DNA of 61,807 bases, filler included, from Basidiobolus ranarum (GCA_040143965.1; 9 parts of 9 records of this genome joined end to end with filler, not necessarily neighbours in it); one strand, 5' to 3'. Counted from the first letter of the whole stretch, positions 12,519 to 26,089 are shown. Notes: generated from the sequence alone by a model not told the origin. Program-made: numbers and translations.

Positions 12519-13574
12519 GAACTATATTGCTCACCATTGTTAGTACATACTTTCTTGATTTTAGTTCCAGTTTTAGTCACCACAAGTGTTTTGGAATCTC
12601 TACAGATAGAGAGATTTTTCTTTTCTTTGCATAGTGTAGACCCAAGTATATCATATATAATTGTGAATAAATGTGATCAAGTATCCTTTTCCACTCAGAG
12701 ATGCCTTTTACACTGGTCAACATAAATCTGAATGAATAGATCCAATTTTTTTACAGATTTGATTTGCACTTGAACAGTTGCCAAGCTTGTTTTCCATAAG
12801 TACCACCCTGACCAACTTCTATTTGGGTTGGCAGATTAACTTGAATTCCAGAAATTAAGCAATTTGTTCATTTTGCTCAAATAATCAAATCCAATATGGC
12901 CAAATTTCTTATGCTGTGATTGGATAGTTTCTTGATTGGAATAACTTATATTGACTCATCAATCTCTTGGATTATATGTAGGTTTGTATGAGTTTGGATC
13001 CTTTTCTTCCATGGCCAAGTAAATCCCATTTTGATAGGTGACAATGCATCCTGACTTATCAAAATTGAATTTTAGCCTTTCTGTGGTGGCTTTGCATACA
13101 GATATTAAATTCTTGGCAATATCTGGAACATGTAGTATATTCTTGAAAGTGTACACTTTCTCTTTAGAAGCACTAGTTAAGTTGACCTGAATTGTCGCTG
13201 CTCCAATGGCATCCAATATGTGCTCATCTTCCTTGAAAACCCTTCTAATTGGAATTTCTTCATAATCCACAAACCAATGTATTCATTTGTGAAATGTTAG
13301 GAGGCTCCAAAATTAATATAACTCATCTGAGAATCCTTGTTGGTGGTCATATATAGAGCAGATACAGACCAGTGATCTCTTGTTGTAAGCACATTTCCAG
13401 ATTCATTATGTTTTTCTTCTTGTGTATATCTTTCCAACCAATGTTTCTTATATGGCCAGATGTTTTATAGTATTCACAGAATGTGTTACCTTTCTTCTTA
13501 ATTTGTTCTTGACCCTTATAGGAAGGTTTCCCATAACCTATTAAAGCCTTTTCTTCATTCTTTTGGTTAGATCC
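12519..13574 (-). mobile_element. Second copia family A fragment (gag knuckle to integrase), interrupted by the preceding element
   Basis: Paralogous to 10540-11560 (DYEEIP...KNILHVPDIAKNLISV). Confidence 0.85.
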
Positions 13575-13693
13575 TGTTGGATGATCTTGACATAATGGGG
13601 GTAGACTTTGAGTATTAGAAGCAACTTATGATAGTGTGTTTTAGTTAGTTTATTCTTAAGAGTATATGGTGACTTATATAGTAGAAAAGTAAA
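13575..13693 (-). mobile_element. Partial family F LTR inserted in copia gag
   Basis: Begins TGTTGGA; its reverse complement matches 4591-4705. Confidence 0.7.
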
Positions 13694-13793
13694 NNNNNNN
13701 NNNNNNNNNNNNNNNNNNNNNNNNNNNNNNNNNNNNNTTAATTAATTAANNNNNNNNNNNNNNNNNNNNNNNNNNNNNNNNNNNNNNNNNNNN
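13694..13793. other. Artificial contig spacer
   Basis: N44-TTAATTAATTAA-N44. Confidence 0.98.
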
Positions 13794-14178
13794 AAGCAGA
13801 CTAATGTAGAATGTGTTAAAAAAATCCCAGGAACATGTGTGCAAAGTTTGGGGCTTCTAGCACCAGTTTGAAAAATCTATATATCTGAGAACTTCTAAGT
13901 TGGTAAAAATATTCCAAGTAAATTCCGATTGAGAATAATGGATAATAACTTAGTGAATTATAGATAACTAAGGACTAAGCTATATATGACTATATAGGTG
14001 TTTAGGCAATGCTAATTTCAGCACCTGGGACCTTCCTTAACACATTCTACTTGTTAGTTTTTTTACATCTTGACAAAACTATAAATGTCAACTTTCTACT
14101 CAATAAATCAACAAGTGAAAACCACCAATTTCTCTAATTCTCCAAACCCCTTCCAACAGGCTCCCAAATACTTTAACA
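13794..14178. mobile_element. Family A LTR (minus, 13794-14023) abutting the 3' half of an oppositely oriented family A LTR (14024-14178)
   Basis: Minus copy ends TTTCAGCA at 14023; plus copy resumes mid-LTR and ends CTTTAACA. Confidence 0.8.
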
Positions 14179-15714
14179 TCAAGTTCCACTCAGAAAGTCA
14201 ATATGTTCACTTGCCTAAGCTAAACAGTAACAAAGTTTAAGAGCTACCACAATACGCTATTACATTGATTGTGAAAATACTTGTAGATGCCCACTGTGCT
14301 TGGAAAATCAATCCTTTTCCTAGATCGCACTCAACTTCGTGTATACATATTATTAGTATAAGCTATGATTTGCCAACATCTCTTCACAAACGTGGATAAG
14401 ATAATCCACTGAGAAATATGTATAGAGAACTTGGGTAATAAGAAGTAAACTCAAGAGGCACTGGCTTTGCTGATTTATAGACAAGTAATACAATTCCATT
14501 GATAGTGATTTATGACTTCAATTCGCATCGAAGAAAATATGCAGCTTTAAGTCAAACGAGTTTGAAAATGGAAACACAAGTCATGCGACAGTACTCTATT
14601 ATAGTTATCTAAGCATCCTAATACTGTGGAATACTGAAAATTATGGGCCAAAGCTATACTATGCTCAAGGAATGTTTTACTTAACGTATATTCAATAGCT
14701 CAGATGCAATCCACTTATATGTTACTTTAAACATACCTAATCCTAGTTGAAGCATTTCTTTATTACGTTGTAGTTCATCAGGTTTCTTTTGCACAAGATT
14801 GAGAAATAAGCACACAATATGCATATCTGGGTATGATAAATTAAGCAAGTATTCCGATCAATTGGTTAATGGATTTGGATCTACCACCATCCAATCATTA
14901 AGCTCCAAATTAACTAGGGATAGGGTTATGATTCAGTGATTTTTTGCATGCGAAAGATAATTTATCTGCTTCCCATATTGTAGTGAATTAGTATATAGCC
15001 GACTGATATGAATGAGAACAACTTATCGTGCGGCACCGCTTATTTATACCGTGTTGCTCATAAGCCTCTCAGCACCATAGGCTTGTTACTACTTGTAGTT
15101 TAAAGAGCGTCAACTTAAGCGTAGACGAAAAGAATGTCTTAGCACCCTTTCTTCTTTCCATATTTCCACGGATTGAGGAGGGTCGGAGATTCATAGATTT
15201 CCTTTTTTTTCTAACTATCAAAATATCAAACAAAATTAACACTGCTCTAAGTTAGGCACAGAAACTGTCAGTAATTAGTAGTATTTATTTCATGCATACT
15301 GTATATATATTTATGGCAACATAGTAAATATACTGTGTAATGTGTTGAACCCTAAAATTAACATACGAGACTCCTGTCAATATCAATAGATATCATTTGC
15401 GTGTAACGTGATCAGTAGTTGCCGAGTGTGGGAACATTCTCGGAGCAAATTAGTCATATGAAAGCATTCCATGCTATGACTCTGTAATGCGTTGATTGAA
15501 GTTATTGTGATTATATTATATATTACAAATCATTGGTGACAAGTGATACGTGTTTATTTTCTCTCTAATATACAGTACTAGGAGAGTATGCAGATTGACA
15601 TAATCAAATGATTACATCCGATGAGGCAGAGATTAACAAGTGTATGATTTGATTTTCAATATCTTTTAGGAGTAAATCAAATATGATGCGGGGATATGAT
15701 AGAAGGGGGATTTT

Positions 15715-17337
15715 CTAATGCTTGAATTGTTCTTCAGTGGCACCAGCACCCATAGCTGCTGTGGAAGCTACACCACCAGAGACCAAAGTGATCAATTCGT
15801 CATAATAATAAGCGCCAGACCATTTTTGATGTTGTAGAGTGTCAACACCAAATTCACGTTCCTTACGTTGAACTCCCTCAACATATGCCAACATACCACG
15901 CTTAGCATAATCCCGAGCGAAAAGATCCACTCCAAGAGCATTACAATGGAAACCGGCGAGAGTAATGAACTGCCAGCAGAAACCGAGACGACCAAGATCC
16001 CAGATGAATGAGCGAATTTCTTGGTCAGTCATACCAGCCGCGTCCCAATTGAATGATGGGGAAAGGTTGTAGGCAAGCTTAGCCCATGGGTGCTTTCTGT
16101 GAACACCATCGGCGAATTCTTTAGCTTGAGCCATAATAGGACTCTTAGTTTCCATCCATAAAAGATCAGCATAAGGGGCAAATGCAGCAGCTCTGGCAAT
16201 ACCACACTTGTTACCTCCCAAGTATCTGTAGAAACCTTCGGCAGTACGTGGTTTCTCCCAGTCGAACTCAATTTGAATACCAAGAGATTTGGCGATGCGA
16301 CGAGCTTCAGTGATGGACACATCGCTAACCTCAGAATACCAAGATTTGATCAACTCCTCTTTACCAGGTTTATCAGAAATACGAATAGCTTCAGCGACAG
16401 CATCTGGGTAAGTCTTCAATTGAGCGTCAATCATCCATTGAGCTTCAACACGTCCAATTTCACTTGGGGACATACCGGCTTCACGTGATTCATCCAAAAC
16501 TTCGATGAGAGCACGGAGGTGCTTACTGCTAGTACCCAAAATAAAGGGATGATCACGCTTATCAATAGTACTGGTAATCAAAGTAGCAGCTTCGGCATCA
16601 GTACGAGCAACAATAAGGTTATCTACTCCCATGATATCGAATTGTACACGAGCAGCGATAAGGCGATTGATATGTTCGCAAATAGGAACCAAAACCTTGC
16701 CGGCCATGTGACCACACTTCTTGGTACCGGGTGCTTGATCTTCCATATGAATACCAGCAGCACCACGTTCAACGAACATCTTAGCCAACTTCATAACGGC
16801 AGTGATACCACCATGACCGGTATCAGCATCGGCGATAATAGGTCTCAAGTAATCATGATTTTCGGAAGCACTGCGTACCTTGGGATCCAATTTGAATCTT
16901 TGTTCACGCTGTTTACGATCGTGGAACTGTTGAGCAAGGAACAATTGTTCGACCTTGTTGGGTACGGTGTCCATAGGATAATCAGCCAAATCTGGTCCAG
17001 GTTCATTGGATGAGGATGCAGTGGAGGAACTTTGCCATCCAGAAACGTAGATGGTTTCCAAGTACTTTGACATCAAAGTTACTTGAACTGGATCTAAAGA
17101 TCCGAAAGTGTGGGAGGTGGTACCATTAACGAAACGGTTGGAAACGATCTGCCAAAGTTTCTTGGCCATCACATTAGAAGGATATTCGATATGAAGGGAT
17201 CCGCGCTTAGCAACAATGGACTCGGCGGAGTAGGGACGAGTGACACGGGCGAAACGGTCTGATTGCCACCATTGACGTACTTTGGCACATTCCTCTTCGA
17301 AGAGGGCTTGTTCATCGAAATTTTTGCTGTTACCCAT
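15715..17337 (-). CDS. ICL1: Isocitrate lyase (glyoxylate cycle), intronless
   Basis: 540 aa; [23 protein letters not shown] catalytic motif, [16 protein letters not shown]. Confidence 0.95.
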   Translation of the reverse strand: MGNSKNFDEQALFEEECAKVRQWWQSDRFARVTRPYSAESIVAKRGSLHIEYPSNVMAKKLWQIVSNRFVNGTTSHTFGSLDPVQVTLMSKYLETIYVSGWQSSSTASSSNEPGPDLADYPMDTVPNKVEQLFLAQQFHDRKQREQRFKLDPKVRSASENHDYLRPIIADADTGHGGITAVMKLAKMFVERGAAGIHMEDQAPGTKKCGHMAGKVLVPICEHINRLIAARVQFDIMGVDNLIVARTDAEAATLITSTIDKRDHPFILGTSSKHLRALIEVLDESREAGMSPSEIGRVEAQWMIDAQLKTYPDAVAEAIRISDKPGKEELIKSWYSEVSDVSITEARRIAKSLGIQIEFDWEKPRTAEGFYRYLGGNKCGIARAAAFAPYADLLWMETKSPIMAQAKEFADGVHRKHPWAKLAYNLSPSFNWDAAGMTDQEIRSFIWDLGRLGFCWQFITLAGFHCNALGVDLFARDYAKRGMLAYVEGVQRKEREFGVDTLQHQKWSGAYYYDELITLVSGGVASTAAMGAGATEEQFKH

Positions 17338-18438
17338 AGTAATTAAAGTAATGGTTGGGAGAGGATAGGTGACTCTAGTGGAATACAGATAACAGGGAAT
17401 GGAATGATTGGAAAAGATGGCAAGCCACTGTTATTTATAGGAATTCGATAAAAAAGGGGACTATGGAACGTCAAGAAAGGGGAAGGGTGAGAAAGTTTCG
17501 AATGTAGAAATGATTGTTTATGCTCTGTACCAGACCCTGAGTAATCATAATCCCCTCTTCCCCCGATGGGAAAACCAGAGAGAACTACGGGTTTAGGGAC
17601 CAGTGAGAGTTGATGCCTCTGAAACCGGAGCGGTTAAATTTAGCTGAGTACAGAATCAGAAGGTTAAGAAAGTCAAATAAAGTGGAATTAACAGTAGGCT
17701 AGCTAGAACCTGCTTTGGTATTATTTTTAGTCATATGAAATAAGTCCACGCTGATTAGCCCACTACTCAGCAATTGAACCATGTGAATAGCATCCCCTCC
17801 TCAGACGGTTCTTCAATAACCGGTTCTTTTGAAATGAATGTGACTCGTCATGATCCCGTTATCTATGCAACTGTTACTAAGGGGATTAGGGTTTCAGCCA
17901 AACTCATTATCATATGATTCCTTCGGGATACACAGAGCTTTTAAACTCCCATTTTGACAGGTGAAGAATCCGGAACTATGTTCCCCTAAAATACTGAATT
18001 TCTGATACTTCGATAATTGTTGTTTCTAGCCATAGTTTCATTTGCTGTTGAAAGTCATATATGATGAGCTCATCTTACATGTGATACCCATGGAGAAGCC
18101 CAACGTGTGACATAGTTCCGTTTCAATGGGAACACATGAGAGTTCCTTTGTCAGTAACGAGGGTCGGAGTATTGGCGGCACCAAATTTGGAACGTGGGAC
18201 TATTTGAAGGTACAATATTCCATGTCTCGGAAAGGTACCAAGTTGGACGCATGAAAGGCATTTAATCAGAATGAGTCGTTGAAAGCTGATTACGAACTTA
18301 TTTACTCCAACAAACGTGACTGTGGTAATATTGTTACGGCTAAGTAAACAAAACCACTTTATGACATAAGACACACCTAACCCTGGTGTTCTTTAATTTA
18401 GTACAACAGGTAAGGTGCTCGATGTCCGACACCGAAAT

Positions 18439-18464
18439 GGGTTAGGGTTAGGGTTAGGGTTAGG
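18439..18464 (+). repeat. Interstitial telomeric repeat (GGGTTA)4
   Basis: gggttagggttagggttagggttagg. Confidence 0.85.
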
Positions 18465-19288
18465 TAAATCCTTAGTTTAATCATTCATTCGATCAAATTA
18501 AACTTCATTATTACTGCAAGTTTCTCGCTCACCGAAAGCCACTAACTTAACCCCAACGCGGATCAATGAAGAAAAGCTACCTTCTTTGTATATTTGGAAT
18601 AGTGGAATCTATAATGGCAGTCATATACGAGGGTAACTCATCAGTCTGCCTGGACAATAGCCCAATTGAGGTTTATGTGGAACGAATGACCGAAAAAGGC
18701 TGAGCCATTATTGAGCCCTTTCGTCTAAAATAAGCCGATATAGTCGGCCACATCCAAATGCTAGTATATGTTCAATTTCAATGTGGATCTGGTAGAACCC
18801 ACAAGAAGACTAACCCTAAGCCCTTATTATCGACAATTAGTTTTGATTCATGGTTATTACGGTATTCACCAAATTTAGTATTAGTTATCACATTCTTTTA
18901 AAAAAAACCACCGCTAGTTATATACTAACAATAAAAAGTGCCGAGATGCAATTCTCGAATGGGATTGGAGACACCCAAGGTTAAACTCACCAACACCGGC
19001 AACTTCTCAGTGCTAAATAAATCACTCCTCATTAATGCGATAATACCCCTGGTTAGGAACATATTCATGCTCATGGGTTAAGGTTTCATCTGTTGAGCTG
19101 GTCCTCACGCTTTGAACAATTCAAGCACTGTAGTATCAGAATACAAATCATATTGCATTCCAATACTTGGAGTTATCTGATGCTTTTAAATATAAATATA
19201 TTATATACAAAGTATCATAGTAGCCAATAAGTTGGTACAATGATATTGTCTGATTCTTTTTGCTAAGTATGCCATTTCATATTGAGGT

Positions 19289-19591
19289 TGTTGAAATCAA
19301 CATGACATAAACATCTATATAGCTTAGTATTTAGTTATTCCATATTTTACTAAGATATCACGAACTATTCTCAAGAGGAATTTACTTGGAATATTTTTGA
19401 GCTTGTTCTAGAGGCCCAAACTTGGGATATATGTTCCTGGGACCTTCCTTAACACATTCCACACATTTGTTTGCTTACTCTTTGACAAAACTACATATGA
19501 CAACTTTCTAGTTAATAAATCAGTGAGTGAAAACCATCAATTCTTTTAAGTTTTCCCAATCACGTCCAACAAATCCCAAAATACTTCAACA
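19289..19591 (+). mobile_element. Diverged solo family A LTR
   Basis: TGTTGAAA...TTCAACA termini and internal match to other copies; no clear TSD. Confidence 0.78.
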
Positions 19592-20586
19592 GAATGGAAT
19601 TTATTTCCTGTTAGGTTTAATCAGATAGGATTATGTAGATACCAAAGAAAAATACTTCAATTTATGAAAGTTTGGAGGGCTTTGATAGTTAAATTCTGAT
19701 GTCTTTTTCCAAGCTAAGTTCAAGATTATACCAAATATATGATATGCAACAGTCGAATTTAGATATCACCTGAATTGAATCCAATATCCAACAGTTACAC
19801 CTAATTTGCTTTTACAATATGAAACATAGCTTTCCTCCATAATTAAGATGGGAATGCACAGTGTATATTTGGAGTTATGGAAACTAATGAATATAGTGTC
19901 AGCCCAGCTCTAAGCACTACTTTTAATGTATATAAACACCACTGTAAATGTTATATGTAGATAGATATCTGCTGACTTCCATGTAACTTGCTACTCTACT
20001 GTCCTGATCAGCTGTTTCATTTGAAGTATTACAAAGCCCAAACCGAACTCAATCAGCCACGTGTTTTTGAAATCTCAATATAGATCTTTATCAACTGCTA
20101 TCACTGGTTTTCTTCATCTGAAAGAAGATTGAATTTTTACACGTATTAACTTGTATGCTTTCCACCCAAAATGGGGTCAAGCTACTGGATTATATCAAAC
20201 TCGGAATCGAGTGATATGTCAACTGATAGATAAGGCAAAAGTAGAAAATTTTAACACTGCGTACGTCATGGACAAATTCGAACCATATATTGGGTAACAT
20301 TACTCATTATTAGTTTGTTTTGAATCCTGGGTAACAGAGAGAAGAGAAGTTTAAAACCCAACCATTTCATACAACCCACATATATACAAATATATATCGA
20401 TCAATTAATGTATTCATAATCCTAATAGAAACAAATGTAGTTATTTTAACCTGCAAATAGAGATTTTATTGAAATATAGTCTGCTGTTTGAGATTGAAAA
20501 TTTAAGTTTTTACAGTTGCTACAACATATAGCTGTAGTATTAGTCTATTCTAAAAAAATTTAGAGAGGGTGACGGAAAGCCTCACC

Positions 20587-20686
20587 NNNNNNNNNNNNNN
20601 NNNNNNNNNNNNNNNNNNNNNNNNNNNNNNTTAATTAATTAANNNNNNNNNNNNNNNNNNNNNNNNNNNNNNNNNNNNNNNNNNNN
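20587..20686. other. Artificial contig spacer
   Basis: N44-TTAATTAATTAA-N44. Confidence 0.98.
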
Positions 20687-21410
20687 CTCCAACCTCAACC
20701 AGTACTTTTCAAAGTGTTGAAATTAGCCCCAAAGGTAAAGGCAAGCAAAAAGCCACACAAACACTGCAAAGCACCCTCAGTAGTGTCACACTACAAGGAT
20801 GTACAAAATAGTCAAAGTGCTTGAGGAATATTTTCAAAAGTATGAAGGGAAAAACATAGTGCACATATGCAGAGAGTGACTTCAGAAGAAGAACATTCAA
20901 CTTGACATTCAGTCTGGTGTTGACCGTGCAGATATCTGGGAAGAGCTTAATACAGAGTGGCACAATATTGCAGGGTATCCACCAGATAGCTGGAAGAATG
21001 TTGATTCAGCAATGTTAATACAATGGTGGGTTTTGACAGAGATATTGATAAAAACTTGTGCTAGATATGAGCTAAACCTTGGGTATGAAGAACTCTATAA
21101 AAGTATTCAGGAGAAAATATCAAAAAGACAAGGGATTTTGAAGGTGCCAAATTAGCATTCAAGTGGTAATTGTGTAAAATTTGATTTATGTTTTTTGCAC
21201 ATGTGTTGATCCATAGTTCTCTGAGATTGTAGCCAATCATGTGCAACTATTTTACAAGATCTTGAAATTTCACTCTTGAAACTGAAAGAATTGATTAAAA
21301 TCAAATCTAACTTGACAATTTTGTGATGGTAAGTAAGTGGTGAATCCCAAATGGATTAAAATTGTGATGGTTTTCCTACAATAACAATCCTCAAATTTCT
21401 GTTAGGGAGA
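20687..21410 (+). repeat. Repeat family D (probable gypsy terminal repeat)
   Basis: Direct copy at about 26090-26560 and inverted copy at 27037-27465; the direct copies flank the gypsy pol remnant. Confidence 0.7.
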
Positions 21411-23459
21411 CTACTAGAGACAGTTACATGCTAATGTGTTACTAGACAGGACTTAACTGGCTCACAGGAAGTACTGACTGGTAGGTATTATATTTCTGAT
21501 ACTTATTCATTTATCCCTAGCTTTGTTTATATATGTTTCAGTGTGAGTCAGGGATGCTAACTTAAATATTCAGTATTAAAGCTTCATCCCTCTACAAATC
21601 TCCTGCCAAGCTGAATTTTTTGTACTGGAAGCTTATGAATATTGATGGGAGATATATTCTTCACTCTATTTTTAAAGGGTAAAGACACACTATGGTATGT
21701 CAATAGCTTGAAGACTTTCTGAGAAAAGATTATTTTTGATAATAGAATTATCAAGAATCCTCAATACTACAAGGGTAGATAAAACTCTGGTGGTTTCTTT
21801 AACTTGAAGTCAGAAGAAATGATATAGTTCTTTTGATATTGGCAAAGACTTTGATTAAGAGTTAGATATATTCTATGGCTGTATAAGTGAAGATAACTAT
21901 GAAAGAATCTGAACTGCAATCTACAATAGTCAAGCCTAGTTGGGTTGCAATAGGAGTCTTGATTATCCTACCATGATGCAGGGTAGAATATCTAGTTAAA
22001 GAAAGAATAAAGAAGATGATGTAGTTTTGGATGGTGCTAAGGCTAGAAGCTTTTTCACTAGGGGGAAGGGTTGCTTATACAAAGAAATAGCTTGAAATCA
22101 ATACTATGAATTGCTGGCTGAGAATAAATCCTGTGTGTGGGTGGCTTAGCATCAAAGTGCCAATAAGATCACTAAGATCAGCTGTAGCCTTGAAACTTTG
22201 GACAGATTAGCATCAAGTACTGTGCCAGTACTGTGCAAAGTTTGAAGACAGTCCATCAGCTGGTTCAAAAGGTAGCACTAGTTTGATGAACATTTTGAGG
22301 TCCTGAATTCCTGTGTTCTGAATGTATGCTAGTGCTGATTTTTGTGTAGGCAATTTTGAAATGGTTATAGCTCCACCAATGGTTGATCAAATCTTATGAT
22401 TCTTGCATGGTTGCAAGCTCTATTTCAGGAGTTTCTGATTGCAGTTAGAGTTACTATATTAAGCCAAGTATTGATGGAACTATAAGCAATTAAATATTCT
22501 TGTTCTTTTTCTTGATTGGTAAAAATATTAAAAGATAGGAATAGAAATATTCCTCCTAATCATTATGTGCAAGATATTGTTCAAATCTTTCCAACACTTC
22601 AACATAAGTAACTTTTTATATATTTGGATAAACCACTTCTGGTGCATCCTTGTTTAAGACCCTGCTGGTTGAGTTTATAGTTGTTTTTGATTGAATATAC
22701 TCCATGTATCCGATTATTCTCAAAGGATGTTGAAGCCATTATACTTTTATTTAGATGCCAGTATATTATACAACAGAAAGCTGGACATTGCATTGTCATT
22801 TATCAGTCCTTTAACATATTTATAGGCTTGATTCTATTTCACCAAGACCCAAGAGACAAACCCATATTACATCATATCTCAGAGTTCTTCAACTTTTCGG
22901 AGAATTCCCACTACTGTTTCAGAACTCAGGTCATACTTAGGAATAGTTTCCAATTGGAGAAGATTGGTTAAGGGATTAGCCTTAATCTTAACCCCATTGC
23001 CTCAACCACTGAAGAAGGAAAGTGTCATTACTTGAAACAGTTAGTGTGAAGCTGCTTTCCAATGCTTTTAAGTTGAACTAGCAAAGTTACCTATCATGAA
23101 GATTCCAGAATATAACTACCTATTCTTTCTCACTACAGATGTCTCAGACTATGCCATAGGAGGAGTCTTAAGCAAGATTCATGATGATATATAAAACCCA
23201 ACTGTTTTTGAGTTAAAGAAGCAGAATGTTGCTGAACAAAACTATGCAGTTCATAAAATGGAGATGCTTGCCATTTTCCATTGCCTCAATGTCTGGCAAT
23301 GCTATTCAGAAGGGGGCAAGACTACTGTGAAGACTGACCATGCCTCTCTGAAATAGGTTAGTAATCAAAAAGTGCTATCAGAAGAATGACATGATGGGTT
23401 GAATACGTGCCACAGTTTGACCTGGATCTCCTCTATGCCTATAGAGAAGTCCATGTTAT

Positions 23460-23740
23460 TGTTCAAATTATTTAGGTAGAAATATTGATCTGGCCAGGAA
23501 CTGAACCTGAGACCTCCTTCACTCTAGCAAGGTGCTTTAACCACTGAGCTACCAGTCCTTGTAAGCTATACCTGTATTGCTTGCAAACCTTAACCTAGTC
23601 TGTTAGTGTATGGTACTTTGGCATTTCAGCTACACAAGCAACTGATTGGTCTTAGACTTTGTGTTCAGATGCAGTCACCATACTCCATATTTTCTCTTTG
23701 GGAATTACTGCTTGTACCACAAGTCACCAGACTTTCAACA
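23460..23740. mobile_element. 281-bp solo-LTR-like insertion carrying a tRNA-like gene
   Basis: TGTTCAAA...TTTCAACA termini; perfect TSD GTTAT (23455-23459, 23741-23745); removal restores REVHVIAAALF, which matches the gypsy NVVADALS motif. Confidence 0.85.
23486..23558 (-). pseudogene. tRNA-like cloverleaf (AGA at the anticodon position, short variable loop), probably pseudo/TE-borne
   Basis: GGACTGG-TA-GCTC-AGTGGTTA-AAGC-A-CCTTG-CTAGAGT-GAAGG-AGGTC-TCAGG-TTCAGTT-CCTGG-CCAGATC-A, 73 nt; A box TAGCTCAGTGG; B-box-like GGTTCAGTTCC. Confidence 0.8.
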
Positions 23741-26089
23741 GTTATAGCAGCTGCTTTGTTTCAAGTTTGTAAGCACAATGAATTCACTATCATTGAAGAA
23801 TCTGATTGGCCTCCAGTAATACCTTTATTTTTGGCGAACCTAATATTTTCAGAACCAGTTGGGGCAGAAGTACTAAAATTAATTTGTTAAAAAGCAGAGA
23901 AATCTGTTGTCCAAGAAGAAGTTATCTATGTTATTGTTGATAACTAGCCAATATTTTACTCTCCCTATTCCCCCCTTTGGAACTTAGCTCCTAAGCTACA
24001 TAGTGACTATGGACATCTTGGAATATAAGAAACACTCAACCTATTGGGGACCAGAGCCTAGTGGCCTAAGACAAAGAGTGACTTAGAGGAACCAGTCAAA
24101 ACTTGCTCTAGTTAATTGTCAATTAAATCAGAGTTGATCTCAGAGATATACAGAAATATTCCATCTGGAGCTAGTAAGATCAACTGAAATATCAGGCATT
24201 GATTTCATTGGAAGACTACCCAGTACTAGAAAAAGCAACCAATGAATTCTTGTTGCCAGCAACCATGCTACCAAGTGGCCAGTTGCCAAAGCCATACCAA
24301 TTGTCAGCAAAGAAGAAGCTGCAAGCTTCATGTACTATGAATTTTGATGAAGTTTGGTTGCTCTGTTAAGATTCTGTCAGACAGAGGAGCTAACATTATG
24401 GCAAAAACACTTTGAGACTTTTTCAAATTTTGAAATATCAAGCATTTGAAGACCTCTGCCTATCTTCCAAAAACCAATAGACTTACTAAGGGATTTAATG
24501 GACTTTTTGGCAAGATATCATCCAAGTGTGCCAATGAAGCAATACTCAGGTTGGATAACAACATTGATAAAGCCTAATGTGCATGGTATATCCAAGCACA
24601 TAGTATAACTCAGAAGTCCCCTTTCTAATTAGTCTCTGGGTGTCACCCAAATATTCCTGGATACAAATTGCAATCAAAACTTACTCAGTTTCTGGAAGAT
24701 TAATTTAGCCAAACAACAGCAATGGAGAAGCATATTCAAGAGAGAAATTTTGCAAAAGCAAGAGTTGCAGCTAGTGCCTCAGAAATGAAAACTTGCTTTG
24801 ACAATACTATAGACTCACAACTAATAACTGATGGAAGCTTTGTGCTGTTAAGAAATACACCAACCTAAAGTTTCAATCTTGCTGGACAGGACCTTTCAAA
24901 CTAATCACAGAATGCCTATTACAGATATATCAGCTAATGGATAAGCAAAGAGTCACCAAAGCAGACTTAGTGTGTTAAAAAGGACCAAAGTTAGCATTCA
25001 CAATAATAATAACCTCTTGGATTTTGGCAAATTTCCATAATGAATTTGGCCAAAATATCCATGACTTGCATTCAACTTATGTCCAGCCATAAATAGATAG
25101 CATAGCTCAGCAGAGACAACATCAAGACCCTCAACTTCCAAAGTGCCTACTTTGCCAACCATTAAATACCCCTCTATAGTAAACTTGGACCAAATCATTA
25201 TAACCAGGCAATCTTGGGCAGAACACCATAGTGGTTTGTATGCAATCTTAAATAAAAGCTGCAAAGTTGCTATACAGGGCATATTAAGCAATAACTCAAT
25301 ATTACCACAATTAATGCAGCATTCTGAAGCAGCTGGTCAATAGTTAGAAAGTCACACAATTATGATAGAAAACTTTCAGAATGGTATACTTAAGCTACAG
25401 CAATAAGCTGCTCTCTCCATCCATTCTAATATGGGATTTCAATCTATCAGACATCATACCTATGAATGTCACTGTGATAATCTAGTAAAGCAGAATAAGT
25501 GTGAGATCACTAAGCCAACAAAACAACCCAAAGTTGCTTAATCAGTTGTAAGGGGTAATCTCAAAGGAAAACTAGCAAACCAAAGGACTTTGAATGTCCA
25601 AGCCACTATTGCTTGCTCTGATGATGAATGGATTAACATTTTGGAAACTGTGTAGAATCTTGCCCATAATTATCTTAATTTGAGCCAATCAGGAAAAAAC
25701 CAGAGACTAGTTGTTGCTATAATGGTTCTTGACTTATTTCATGTGGCTTATCCTGGGTCTTTGCAAGCAACTGGCAATTAAGCTGTTATAGCCCTTTTCA
25801 TGAAACATCTCCAAAAAGTTAACAAATATTAATCTGGGAGCATAAGAAAAGCAGCTAAAGTTGTACTCAAGGAGCTGGAGGTTAGTAAACCCTAGGGAAA
25901 AGCAACAGAGCCAGTGAGTGTGGGCACTTTTGTCCCAAATACCAAATTCTTCAAACCATTACAGAGATCTGTATTTCCAGAGTCAGAAATACCAGCAGAC
26001 CTAAGTATACCGGGATGAGAATTGCCAAATATGGATTTTATTCAACATGTGGCACCTCTCAACAAGCTAAAACTCCACCAAATAATGCT

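Larger units (their letters stand above)
22400..24990 (+). mobile_element. Decayed Ty3/gypsy pol (RT, RNase H, integrase order)
   Basis: TTDVSDYAIGGVLS, EQNYAVHKMEMLAI, KTDHASL (RNase H); HSDYGHLG; GIDFIGRLP, HATKWPVAKAI, ILSDRGA (integrase). Boundaries approximate. Confidence 0.85.

Noticed and set aside
15792-17013. ORFs overlapping isocitrate lyase
   Set aside because: Shadow frames of a biased CDS.
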